From Candidatus Eiseniibacteriota bacterium (GTDB taxonomy: Bacteria > Eisenbacteria > RBG-16-71-46), in assembly GCA_963717935.1 (NCBI GenBank), contig CAVQXP010000004.1, positions 608,001 through 672,000 of the forward strand: DNA of 64,000 nucleotides. The letters are read 5' to 3'. Shown piece after piece: positions 53,761-63,285 of this stretch (its first letter is position 1; each line of letters opens with the position of its first letter). The translations under genes were made by a program, and so were the position numbers. The notes under the pieces were generated by a model. That model did not search any database and was not told the DNA's origin. It worked only from the letters and a program-made list of their open reading frames with translations.

Positions 53761-56259
53761 CTATCCGGCGCGCGCGCGCCGCAGCCGTTGCAGCAGGGCC
53801 CAGCCGGCCCAGGCGAGGAGGCCCGCCAGCCAGGCCCCGAGCCCGGCGCGGGTCACCGGAACGGCTTCGCGCATCCCCGCGGTCTCGTAGCGCATCTCGA
53901 CGCGATGCCGTCCTCCCGGAAGCGGGATCCCCCGCACGAGCAGGTTCGTCGGGGCGATCTGCGTGCGGCTCCCGTCCACCCACGCGCTCCATCCGGGGAA
54001 ATCGCTGTCGGCCACGACGAGGAACGCCCGGTCCGGAGCCTCGGTCTCCAGCACGAGCCACTGGGGATCGTCCCGGATCCAGCGGATCGCGCAGTCCGGC
54101 GAGCCCGGGTATCCGCCCTCGACGCTGGGATCCGTCGTCACCGCGACCGCGGCCGGGTCGAAGCCGGGGTGCGCCATCGCCCGCGCGATCGCGTCCCCGT
54201 CCGGCAACGCCACCACCAGAGGCACGGCATACGCGCGCCCGAGCGGCTGGTCCACCGCGTAGACCGCGGCGCGCTCGTCCTGCGTGACCAGCGCCAGGCC
54301 GGGGGACGTCGGGACGGTCGCGCGGTCCAGGTCCAGCCAGGCCACTCCCCAGGCGCGCAGCACGGACTGGGAGCGCGTCAGCCCGTGCTCCATCGCGATC
54401 CGCCACGCGGACGGGAAGGCGCCATGATTCCCCGTCAGGCAGCGCGCCCGCCAGCTCACCCAGAAGTTCGTGTAGCTCTCGGCATACCGACGGTCGGCGA
54501 ACACGCTGTCCTGCACGGGCCGGGCCGCGCCCACGTAGGCCCGGGTCCGTGGAGCGCGAGCCGCGACCTTCGCCAGCGGCGTGGCGGCCGGGGCCTCGAC
54601 GGCCGCGGGCGTCCCGCTCGCCCGCCACAGGGCGGGAGCGCCGACCGAGGCCAGATCCAGGGCGACGAGGAGTGCGAGCGCGGGCCGTGCCCAGGCCCTG
54701 CCGGCCCGTGCCGGCAGCAGGAGCGCGCACGCGCACGCGACCAGGGTGGAGCGCAGAAGGAGATCGAGGCCGGCGAACCGCGCCGCGGCGCGCGCGGTCG
54801 TCTCGTCCAGAGAGGACCGCAGCGTGCGGGCGAGGTCCGCATAGAGGGAGCCGGGCGGGCCGAACGCGAGCGCCAGGCCGGCGAGCGCCAGGACCGCGAG
54901 CGCGATCAGGACGCCGCGCAGACCCGTCCACCGTCCGGGCCCGGCGGACGGCGGCACGGCCGGCTGGCGCGGCTCCGGCGCGAGCACGGGATCCGGGGCG
55001 GTGACCCGCGACAGGCCGCGGGCGACGAGCAGGGCCAGCGCGAGACAGGCGCCGATCAGCACGTAGAGCGGCACGCGGAACTTGTTCCACAGCGGGACGT
55101 GCGCATGGACGAGACCGAACAGGCCGCCCAGGTTCACGCCGAGGGAGAAGGCCAGGCTGACCAGGAAGACCGCCCACCAGAAACGCGAGGTCGCATCGCC
55201 GCGATCCGCCGTGCGCCACGATCCGCCCAGGGCCAGGGCGATGGCCACCGCGCCGAGATAGGGGGCGTAGTCGGTGACCTGCATGCCGCCCCAGTACGTG
55301 ACCCCGCCGAAGCCGACCGCCTGGGGCCAGACGAGCGAGAGCAGGTCGCGCCAGTGCAGGCTGTACTTCGCGACGACGAGCAGGGAGACGCCCGGCGCGC
55401 TCCCGCCACCGCGCGACGACAGCTCGCTGTACAGAAGCGCGGGCCACCAGACGGCCGCGCCGATCGCGGCCCCGAGGGCGACCGCTGCGCCCCAGGGCAG
55501 CAGGCGCATCCAGCGCCTGCGCGTCCAGGCCTGGTGGAGCGCGAACAGCCCGATCAGGGTCGAGGAGTAGACGACGATCTGGGGATGACCGTGCAGGCAC
55601 TGGACCCCCAGCGCGAGCGCAAGCAGGAGCGCGCCGCCGAGGACCGCGCGCGACCGGCCGGAGGTGATCACGACGTGGGTGCCCAGCGTGACGACGGGCA
55701 GGAGCGCGTCGGCGAGGATCTGGGCGTCGTGGCCGTGGGCGAGCGGGCTCAGAATCGGGATCGTGACCAGCCAGGTCAGACCCCCGGCCGCGGCGCTCCA
55801 GGGATCCGCGCCCCAGAGACGGCGCGCCAGCACCACGACCGCCAGCGTCCCGGCGAGATGGGCGAGCAGCAGCCAGAGCTGGGGCGCGGCCGCGGGTTCG
55901 CTCAGGCGTTCGGTCGCATCGAGCAGTGGCCCCGGGAGGTACTGCGGGCGCGGGTCCGCGAGGCTGGCCACCGACTCGATCCCCATGAAGACATAGGGAT
56001 TCCAGTAGGTGCGCTCCCGGGTCTCGTGCCAGCGCGCCCGGGAGAACTCCGGGAACGGGCGGAACGCCGAGGAGTCACCCGGGACGAAGTGCTGGCCGAG
56101 GAAGAGCTGCGGGAGGAAGAGCAACGCCCACACCAGCGCGACGGCCAGGCCCGACGCCGCCCAGACGCGCGGCTCGTGGCGTTGCGGAAGGAACTCGCGA
56201 GGCGGGTCCTGGCCCTGCGGCTGGGCACCGGAGACCCGCGACCGGCGTGCTCGTGCCAT
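53761..56259 (-). CDS. YfhO-like GT-C membrane protein
   Basis: WNPY.F.G, GHPQ, FR.P, C-terminal D..FPGW.A.VDG...G.H.VE..Y. Confidence 0.8.
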   Translation of the reverse strand: MARARRSRVSGAQPQGQDPPREFLPQRHEPRVWAASGLAVALVWALLFLPQLFLGQHFVPGDSSAFRPFPEFSRARWHETRERTYWNPYVFMGIESVASLADPRPQYLPGPLLDATERLSEPAAAPQLWLLLAHLAGTLAVVVLARRLWGADPWSAAAGGLTWLVTIPILSPLAHGHDAQILADALLPVVTLGTHVVITSGRSRAVLGGALLLALALGVQCLHGHPQIVVYSSTLIGLFALHQAWTRRRWMRLLPWGAAVALGAAIGAAVWWPALLYSELSSRGGGSAPGVSLLVVAKYSLHWRDLLSLVWPQAVGFGGVTYWGGMQVTDYAPYLGAVAIALALGGSWRTADRGDATSRFWWAVFLVSLAFSLGVNLGGLFGLVHAHVPLWNKFRVPLYVLIGACLALALLVARGLSRVTAPDPVLAPEPRQPAVPPSAGPGRWTGLRGVLIALAVLALAGLALAFGPPGSLYADLARTLRSSLDETTARAAARFAGLDLLLRSTLVACACALLLPARAGRAWARPALALLVALDLASVGAPALWRASGTPAAVEAPAATPLAKVAARAPRTRAYVGAARPVQDSVFADRRYAESYTNFWVSWRARCLTGNHGAFPSAWRIAMEHGLTRSQSVLRAWGVAWLDLDRATVPTSPGLALVTQDERAAVYAVDQPLGRAYAVPLVVALPDGDAIARAMAHPGFDPAAVAVTTDPSVEGGYPGSPDCAIRWIRDDPQWLVLETEAPDRAFLVVADSDFPGWSAWVDGSRTQIAPTNLLVRGIPLPGGRHRVEMRYETAGMREAVPVTRAGLGAWLAGLLAWAGWALLQRLRRARAG

Positions 56260-56550
56260 CGTCCTCGATCTCGTGGAGGGTGTGCCGCCTGCCCACGGGC
56301 TCGCCCGGCCGTCCTTACCATAGAGACGGGGTCGGGGGCGCTCAGGGTGCCACGAGTGGCCGCCGCCGCCAAGGAACGTCCGTGGGGCGGGCGCGTAGAC
56401 GACGGCATCCGGACCGGATAAGGTGCCCCATTCGGTCGGGGGGGCCGCGTGCCGGCCTCCTTCGGGCCTGGTGCGCGAGGGGGTGGCCGTGGGCCGAGGG
56501 GTTCACCGGGCCGGGCGTGAGGACTCGGCAGGGAGCAACCGGGAGGTCAG

Positions 56551-58038
56551 ATGAAAGTCAGCATCACGCGGGATTTCCCCCGCACGTTCTGGACCGCGAA
56601 CGTGATGGAGTTGTTCGAGCGCGCCGCCTACTACGGGCTCATGTCGGTGCTGGCGATCTACCTGACGGGCAGGAAGGAGACCGGCGGGCTGGGCTTCACC
56701 GAGTCGGCGGTCGGCTTCCTGCAGAGCATCGTCTACGCCGCGACCTACGTCATCCCGATCCTCGGCGGCGCGCTGGCCGACCGCTACGGCTACCGGCGCA
56801 TGCTGCTCTTCGCCTTCTCGCTGCTCGCCACCGGCTACTTCGCCGCGGGCCACATGTCCTCCTACGCGGCGGTCTTCATGGCGCTGCTGCTGATGGCCAC
56901 GGGCGCCGGGCTCTTCAAGCCGATCATCTCCGGGACCATCGCCCGCACGACCGACGAGCGCACGTCGGCCATCGGTTTCGGCATCTACTACTGGATGATC
57001 AACCTCGGGGCCTTCCTCGCGCCGCTCGTGGTGAGCGTGCTGAAGGGCTTCTCGTGGCAGGCGGTCTTCACCGCCTCGGCGGCCTACACCGCTGCCATGC
57101 TGATCCCGACCATCTTCTTCTTCCGCGACCCGCCCCTGCCCGAGAACCGCAAGACCCTCAAGGAGATCCTGGGCGGTGCGGCCGAGGTGCTGAGCGACTC
57201 GCGCTTCGTGCTGATGATCGTCGTGTACTCGGGCTTCTGGGTCCTCTACTTCCAGAACTTCGGCTCGGTGCTCTGGTACCTGCGCGACTTCGTGGACCGC
57301 GCGCCGGTGAGCGCCGCGGTCAGCGGCTGGTTCTCCGCCATCGGGTTGCCCGTGCAGTTCGTCTTCGACGCCGAGCACGTCACCGTCATCAATGCCGGCA
57401 TGATCATCCTGCTCCAGGTGCTGGTGAGCCGCATCGTGCGGACCCGGCCCGCGCTGCCCACGATGGTGGCGGGCATGGTGCTGGGCGGGCTGGGGTTCGT
57501 GTGCCTCGCCATCTCGCAGAGTCCCTGGATCCTGATCCTCGGCATCGCGATCTTCTCGATCGGCGAGATGACGGCCCATCCCAAGTACTACTCGTTCGTC
57601 GGGCTCGTCGCGCCGCAGGATCGCAAGGCCGTCTACATGGGTTACTCGTTCCTCTACGGCATCCTGGGCTCGCTGCTCGGCTCCAACATCGGCGCCTTCC
57701 TGTACGAGCGCATCCTGAAGCCGGTCATCGGCATGCCGGAAGCCGGCGCGCGCGCGCGCCTGTTCTGGCTGATCTTCGCGGCCCTCGACGTGGTCGCGGT
57801 CCTCGGCCTCATCCTGTTCAACCGGGCCTTCGGCAAGGACACGCCCGAGACGCGGCGCGGCGCGACCCGGGTGATGACCGTCGTCTACGCGGGCATCCTG
57901 CTGCTGGGCGTGATGTTCCTGGCGTTCGCCTTCAGCTCGCAGCCGCCGCAGTACCGCACGGCGGTGCAGTCCATCATCTTCCTGGCCCTGGGCGGTGGCG
58001 GGCTGGTCATGAACCGCAGGAGGAAGGCGGTGGCGTGA
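56551..58038 (+). CDS. MFS transporter, POT/PTR-like
   Basis: ELFER.AYYG, GG.LADR.G, G.GLFKP, YW.IN.G, GE motifs; GGAGG RBS. Confidence 0.9.
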   Translation: MKVSITRDFPRTFWTANVMELFERAAYYGLMSVLAIYLTGRKETGGLGFTESAVGFLQSIVYAATYVIPILGGALADRYGYRRMLLFAFSLLATGYFAAGHMSSYAAVFMALLLMATGAGLFKPIISGTIARTTDERTSAIGFGIYYWMINLGAFLAPLVVSVLKGFSWQAVFTASAAYTAAMLIPTIFFFRDPPLPENRKTLKEILGGAAEVLSDSRFVLMIVVYSGFWVLYFQNFGSVLWYLRDFVDRAPVSAAVSGWFSAIGLPVQFVFDAEHVTVINAGMIILLQVLVSRIVRTRPALPTMVAGMVLGGLGFVCLAISQSPWILILGIAIFSIGEMTAHPKYYSFVGLVAPQDRKAVYMGYSFLYGILGSLLGSNIGAFLYERILKPVIGMPEAGARARLFWLIFAALDVVAVLGLILFNRAFGKDTPETRRGATRVMTVVYAGILLLGVMFLAFAFSSQPPQYRTAVQSIIFLALGGGGLVMNRRRKAVA

Positions 58039-58274
58039 TCGAGATCCGCCCCGAGGCCCCCGCGGACTTCGCCGCGGTACGCGAGAGCGTCGTCATGGTG
58101 CTCGGCCCTCCGCACGCCTACCCGCGCTTCGGGTTCGTGCCGGCCGCGACGAAGGGCCTCTCGTGCGAGTATCCTGTGCCGGACGATGTCTTCCCGGTGA
58201 CCGAGCTGGCGCCGGGCGCCCTGCGGGGCCGTACGAGACTGGTGAAGTACCACCCGGAGTTCGTGCGCGTCTGA
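58035..58274 (+). pseudogene. Internally deleted YhbS-like GNAT acetyltransferase
   Basis: N-terminus IRPE.PAD..AV fused directly to C-terminus VLG...YPRFGF...Y.PEF; the central acetyl-CoA-binding motif is missing (79 aa). Confidence 0.75.
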
Positions 58275-58332
58275 CGGCCGCGGCTGCGGGATCGTGAACC
58301 GTCCGGGCCGGGCCCGGGGAGGGATCAGCGAG

Positions 58333-59145
58333 ATGGACAGCCATGCCACGATGACCCAGCTCTTCGGCGTGCGCCGCGCGCTGATCGGCATGATCCACGT
58401 GGGCGCCCTGCCGGGCACGCCGGCGGCGGGCGCGCCGCTCGAGCGCGTGGTCGAGACGGCCCTCGCCGAGGCCCGCGCCTACCTCGACTCCGGCTACACC
58501 GCGCTGATGATCGAGAACATGCACGACCGGCCGTATCTGAAGGGCGTGGTCGGTCCCGAGATCGTGGCGGCGATGACGGCGGTGGGCCGCGAGGTCCGCC
58601 GCGAGGTCGCGCTGCCGTTGGGCGTGCAGGTGCTGGCGGGGGCGAACCGCGAGGCGATCGCGGTGGCGCTGGCCTGCGGCGCCACCTTCGTGCGGGCCGA
58701 GGGCTTCGTCTTCGCGCACGTCGCGGACGAAGGCCTGATCGAGTCCGGCGCGGGCGAGTTGATGCGCTACCGGCGCGCGGTCGGCGCGGAGCAGGTGCGC
58801 GTGTTCGCGGACGTCAAGAAGAAGCACTCCGCACACGCGCTCACCGCGGACGTGGGCATCGTCGAGACGGCGCGCGCGGCGGAGTTCTTCCTCGCGGACG
58901 GCGTGGTCGTGACGGGCCCGGTCACCGCGCGGGCGGCCGATACGGCCGAGGTCGAGGCGGTGGCCGCGGCCGTGGGCATCCCGACCTTCGTGGGCTCGGG
59001 TCTGACGCCCGCGAACCTCGCCGCCTACCCGGGGGCGGACGGCTTCATCGTGGGCTCCTTCGTGAAGCGGGGCGGGCTCTGGTCGAACCCGATCGACGGC
59101 GAGCGCGTGCAGGCGGTGGCGGCCGCGTTCCACGAGTCCGCGTGA
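58333..59145 (+). CDS. BtpA/SgcQ family TIM-barrel protein
   Basis: IGMIH..LPG.P, IEN..D.PY, G.Q.L, AD...KH, ADG.VVTG, GSG, VGS. Confidence 0.92.
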   Translation: MDSHATMTQLFGVRRALIGMIHVGALPGTPAAGAPLERVVETALAEARAYLDSGYTALMIENMHDRPYLKGVVGPEIVAAMTAVGREVRREVALPLGVQVLAGANREAIAVALACGATFVRAEGFVFAHVADEGLIESGAGELMRYRRAVGAEQVRVFADVKKKHSAHALTADVGIVETARAAEFFLADGVVVTGPVTARAADTAEVEAVAAAVGIPTFVGSGLTPANLAAYPGADGFIVGSFVKRGGLWSNPIDGERVQAVAAAFHESA

Positions 59146-60056
59146 ACGCCGATCTCGTCTGCCTCGGCAACCTCGTCGTGGACGACGTGGTGTTCCTCGA
59201 CGGCACGACGCGCATGGGCGAGCCGGGCGGCGCGATGCTCTACGCGGCGCTGGGCGCCGCGCTCTGGGAGACGGGCGTGGCCGTGGTGGCGCCGCTCGGC
59301 GACGACTACCCGGCCCGCGCGCTCCACGCGCTCGAGCACCGCGGCGTGGACCTCGAGGGCCTGCGCCCGCTGGGGCGTCCGGGGCTGCGCACCTGGCTGC
59401 TCTACGAGCCGGCGGCGCGCCGCATCGTGCACCGGCTGGGCGCGGCGAACCACGTGGAAGCTTCGCCCACCCCGGACGACGTCGCGGGCCGCTTCACCGA
59501 CGTGCTCGCCTTCCACCTTTCACCCACGCCGCTGGTCTGCCAGCGGCCGCTGCTCGAAGTCCTCTCGGCGCGCGCGGACGTACTGCTCTCGCTCGACCCG
59601 CACGACCCGGTGCGCGAGGACAACCTCGAGCGCTGGCGCGAGGCGCTGGCGCTCCTGGACGTCTTCTTCGTGAGCGAGGAGGAGCTGCAGCTGGCCGGGG
59701 TGGCGGACGATCCGCGGGGGGCGCTCGTGCGGCTCGCGGGCGGGCGGCTGCGCTACGCGCTGCTGAAACGCGGTGCGGCCGGCGGGTTGCTCTACGATGC
59801 CCGCACAGGGGAGACGCGCACCTGGGCGGCGCGCGCGGCGCAGGTGGTGGACCCGACAGGCGCCGGCGACGCGTTCGCGGGCGGGTTCCTCGCGGGCCTG
59901 CTCGCGGGCGAGGACGCCCCGGGTGCGCTCGAGCGGGGCGTGGTATCGGCGTCGTTCGCGCTCGAGGCGTGGGGTGCGGCAGGCCTGCTCGCGGCCACGC
60001 CGGCGGATGCGCGGTCGCGCCGCGCGGAATGGTTCGGCACGAGGATGGACACATGA
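59142..60056 (+). CDS. PfkB-family carbohydrate kinase (candidate pseudouridine kinase)
   Basis: GG, G.D, K.G..G, DPTGAGDAF.GG; coupled to psuG. Confidence 0.88.
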   Translation: MNADLVCLGNLVVDDVVFLDGTTRMGEPGGAMLYAALGAALWETGVAVVAPLGDDYPARALHALEHRGVDLEGLRPLGRPGLRTWLLYEPAARRIVHRLGAANHVEASPTPDDVAGRFTDVLAFHLSPTPLVCQRPLLEVLSARADVLLSLDPHDPVREDNLERWREALALLDVFFVSEEELQLAGVADDPRGALVRLAGGRLRYALLKRGAAGGLLYDARTGETRTWAARAAQVVDPTGAGDAFAGGFLAGLLAGEDAPGALERGVVSASFALEAWGAAGLLAATPADARSRRAEWFGTRMDT

Positions 60057-60967
60057 ACGAACGGCTGGTGCTGTCCGAGGAGGTCGCTCTCGCGCTGCGC
60101 CGCCGCAAGCCGGTGGTGGCGCTCGAGACCACGCTGGTCACGCACGGCCTGCCGCACCCGCAGGGGCTCGAGGCCGCGCTGGAGCTGGAGGCGGTCGTGC
60201 GCGCGGCCGGCGCCACGCCGGCCACGGTCGGCATCCTCGACGGCGGGGTGCGCGTGGGGCTCGCGCGCGCGGAGCTGGAGCGCCTGGCGACCGCGCGCGA
60301 TGTCGCCAAGGTGAACCCCGGCAACCTCGCGGCCGTGGTCGCCTCGGGCGCTCCGGGCTCGACCACCGTGGCGGCGACGATGTTCGTCGCGGCGGAAGCC
60401 GGGATCCGCGTCTTCGCCACCGGCGGGATCGGCGGCGTGCACCGCGACGTGGCGGAGAGCGGCGACGTCTCGGCCGACCTCGTCGCGCTCGGACGTTTCC
60501 CGGTGGCGGTGGTGTGCGCGGGCGCCAAGGCGATCCTCGACCTGCCCCGGACGGTCGAGATGCTGGAGACGCTGGGCGTGCCGGTGCTCGGCTTCGGCAC
60601 GGACGAGTTCCCGGCCTTCTACCGGCGCGCGAGCGGCCAGCGCGTGGACCGGCGTTGTGATGCGGTGGACGAGCTGGCGCTCGTGGCGCGCGCGCACTGG
60701 GCGCTGGGCTTCCGGACCGGCGTGCTGGTCGTGAATCCCATCCCCGAGGCGGATGAGCTGCCGCGCGCCGCCTACGAGCAGGCGCTGGAGAGCGCGCTGG
60801 CCGAGGCCGCGGAGCGCGGCCTGCGCGGCCGCGAGGTCACGCCGTTCCTGCTCGACCGCCTGCGCGAGTTGACGGGCGGCGACACGGTGAAGGCCAACCT
60901 CGCGCTGCTGCGGAACAACGCGCGCGTGGCCGCGGAGCTGGCGCTGGCGCTGGCGCGGGAGGCTTGA
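60053..60967 (+). CDS. psuG: Pseudouridine-5'-phosphate glycosidase
   Basis: VVALE.T...HG.P.P, TTV..TM, FATGGIGGVHR, D.SADL, GAK.ILD, TPFLL, N..L..NN. Confidence 0.95.
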   Translation: MNERLVLSEEVALALRRRKPVVALETTLVTHGLPHPQGLEAALELEAVVRAAGATPATVGILDGGVRVGLARAELERLATARDVAKVNPGNLAAVVASGAPGSTTVAATMFVAAEAGIRVFATGGIGGVHRDVAESGDVSADLVALGRFPVAVVCAGAKAILDLPRTVEMLETLGVPVLGFGTDEFPAFYRRASGQRVDRRCDAVDELALVARAHWALGFRTGVLVVNPIPEADELPRAAYEQALESALAEAAERGLRGREVTPFLLDRLRELTGGDTVKANLALLRNNARVAAELALALAREA

Positions 60968-60974
60968 GGACGGC

Positions 60975-63278
60975 GTGAACGGGAACCCCGGCTCCGGCGG
61001 CGGCGAGCGCGTGGGCGAACCTGCCCGCCCGGGCGCCCCGCTGCGGTGGCTCGACCTGGTCCGCGGCCTTGCCATCGCCTGGATCTTCACCAACCACGCG
61101 GTGGAACGGGTCCTGGGCTTCCCCCTCATCGCGAACCCCGCGCCCGACTGGCCGCCGCTCCACGAGCGGATCGCGCAGTTGCGGCCGCTCGCGGGCCACG
61201 GGTTCTGGGACCTGCCGCTCAACCTGCTGCGCTATGTCGGCTGGTCGGGCGACCAGGGGGTCACGCTGTTCCTCATCGCCAGCGGCTTCGGACTGACCTG
61301 GGGGCTGCTGCGCCGGCACGGCCGGGACCGGCTCCCGCTCGGGGAGTTCTACGGGCGTCGCCTGCTGCGCATCTACCCGCAGTGGTGGGGCGCGCACCTG
61401 CTCTTCGCCGCGAGCGCGCTCCTCGTCGGCTGGGGCTTCTCCGCGACCTCGCCTTCCTTCTGGCTGAGCCTGCTGGGCATCCGCTTCACGCCGCGGCTGA
61501 TGTACGCCTTCTCGCCGGCGTGGTGGTACGTGGGGCTCATCCTCCAGCTCTACGCAGTCTACCCGCTGCTCTGGATGGGGCTGCGCCGGCGCGGGCCGGG
61601 CTGGCTGCTGGCGGTCGCGTGCGCGGCGGGCTTCGCGGCGCGGCTCGCGGGTCTGCTCCTCTTCCACGGCTACCTCGACGCCTGGCAGCGCGGCGCGGTC
61701 TTCATCACCCGGCTCCCGGAGTTCGTGCTGGGCATCGCGCTCGCGGCGTGGATGTCGCGCTCGCCCGAGACCGTGACCGCGGGCCTGCGCCGGCCGCGCA
61801 CGCTCCTCGTGGCGGTCGCGGTCTACGCGGCTGGCACCGCTCTCTCGCTCACGCTGGCCGGGATGGCGGTCGCGCCTTTCCTGCTCGGGGCGTCCGTGCT
61901 GGTGCTGCTCCACGCGCTCTTCACCGCCGGCCGTGCCTGGAGCGGACGCGCGGGGGAGCCACTGGCCTGGCTCGGCCGCCACTCGTACGCGATCTACCTC
62001 CTGCACGGTCCGCTCGTGCGGCGCCTGGTCCCCGCGGGGCTCGCGCACGGCTGGCAGCGCGCGGTCATCGGCGTGCTGGCAGCGCTGGCCGCCACGGCGC
62101 TGCTGAGCGTGCTGTTCGAATGGGCGGTGGGCCGGGTCGAGGCGCTGGCGGGCCGCGTGCGCGGACGCGCCCTGGCGCTGCGCGTGACCGCGGCCGCGAC
62201 GATCCTGCTCGCGCTCCTCGTGCTCGCCGAGGTCGTGTCGCGCCGCGTGGCGCCCCAGGAGCTCGGCGGCTGGGGCGAGCGCCCGTCGCTGGTACCCGAT
62301 CCGGTGGTGGGCTGGAAGCTCAAGCCCTCGAGCGAGACGCGGCTGCGCTGGGCGAGCTACGACTACCGGGTGAGCGCCAACGCGCTCGGCTTCCCGGGGC
62401 CGCTCTACCCGGTCACGAAGGCACCCGGGACGTACCGGATCCTCGTCACGGGCGATGCCTTCACGAGCGCGGAAGGCGTGAACACGGCCGACGCCTGGCC
62501 CCGCCTGCTCGAACGGGAGCTGACGGCGCGATGGGGCGCCGGCGCGCCGCGCGGTCCCGGCCGCAAGGTCGAGGTGCTCGATTTCGCCATCACGGGCTAC
62601 GGGCCCAACCAGTACGCCGCGGTCGTGAGGGCCTACGCGCCGGTCTACGGGCCCGACCTCATCCTGGTCGAGATGTTCGTCAACGACTACCAGGACGTGC
62701 TGGAGAGCGACTCCACGTTCCGTGCCTCGATCGGCTTCGGCCGGCCCTCGCCCGACAGCCGGGGCTCGGTCCTGCGCCTCGAGAACCTCGGGGCCCTGCT
62801 CCGGGTCGGGGTGAGGGAGCCGCTCCTCGAGTGGCTGCGCCACCGGCCGCGGCCCGCGGGCTACTTCCTTGGCGGCTTCCCGGCGCTCGAGCGCGGCCGT
62901 CCCGACCGCGACCACGCGCGGCAGCTGGTGGCGGGGCGCCTGGCCGCGATCCGGACGGTGGCGGACAGCCTCGGGGCCCGCGTGCTGATCGTGCTGGTCC
63001 CGGCTCCGGTCCAGGTCTCGGGCCCGCGGGAGCTGGCCTACCACCCGCGCGGCGTGGATCTGAGCGACACCACCCGATTCGACCCCGAAGGCCCGGGCCG
63101 CGCGACGCGCGCGATCGCCGATTCCCTGGGCCTCGCCTGCCTCGACCTGCGCCCGGCGCTCGCGCGGGCGCAGGGGGGGCGCCCCTACCAGCGCCACAAC
63201 ATGCACTGGACCTTGAGCGGGCACCGCGCGGTCGCGGCCTGGCTGGCGGACACGCTGGCCAGCGGAAGCATCCGCTGA
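60975..63278 (+). CDS. Acyltransferase_3 plus SGNH-like fusion (OafA/OatA-like)
   Basis: LD..RG.AI, GV.LF...SGF, RR..RIYP, WY, SY.IYL.H; C-terminal GD.FT, GYG, ND, H.T..GH. Confidence 0.85.
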   Translation: MNGNPGSGGGERVGEPARPGAPLRWLDLVRGLAIAWIFTNHAVERVLGFPLIANPAPDWPPLHERIAQLRPLAGHGFWDLPLNLLRYVGWSGDQGVTLFLIASGFGLTWGLLRRHGRDRLPLGEFYGRRLLRIYPQWWGAHLLFAASALLVGWGFSATSPSFWLSLLGIRFTPRLMYAFSPAWWYVGLILQLYAVYPLLWMGLRRRGPGWLLAVACAAGFAARLAGLLLFHGYLDAWQRGAVFITRLPEFVLGIALAAWMSRSPETVTAGLRRPRTLLVAVAVYAAGTALSLTLAGMAVAPFLLGASVLVLLHALFTAGRAWSGRAGEPLAWLGRHSYAIYLLHGPLVRRLVPAGLAHGWQRAVIGVLAALAATALLSVLFEWAVGRVEALAGRVRGRALALRVTAAATILLALLVLAEVVSRRVAPQELGGWGERPSLVPDPVVGWKLKPSSETRLRWASYDYRVSANALGFPGPLYPVTKAPGTYRILVTGDAFTSAEGVNTADAWPRLLERELTARWGAGAPRGPGRKVEVLDFAITGYGPNQYAAVVRAYAPVYGPDLILVEMFVNDYQDVLESDSTFRASIGFGRPSPDSRGSVLRLENLGALLRVGVREPLLEWLRHRPRPAGYFLGGFPALERGRPDRDHARQLVAGRLAAIRTVADSLGARVLIVLVPAPVQVSGPRELAYHPRGVDLSDTTRFDPEGPGRATRAIADSLGLACLDLRPALARAQGGRPYQRHNMHWTLSGHRAVAAWLADTLASGSIR

Positions 63279-63285
63279 CGTGGAG

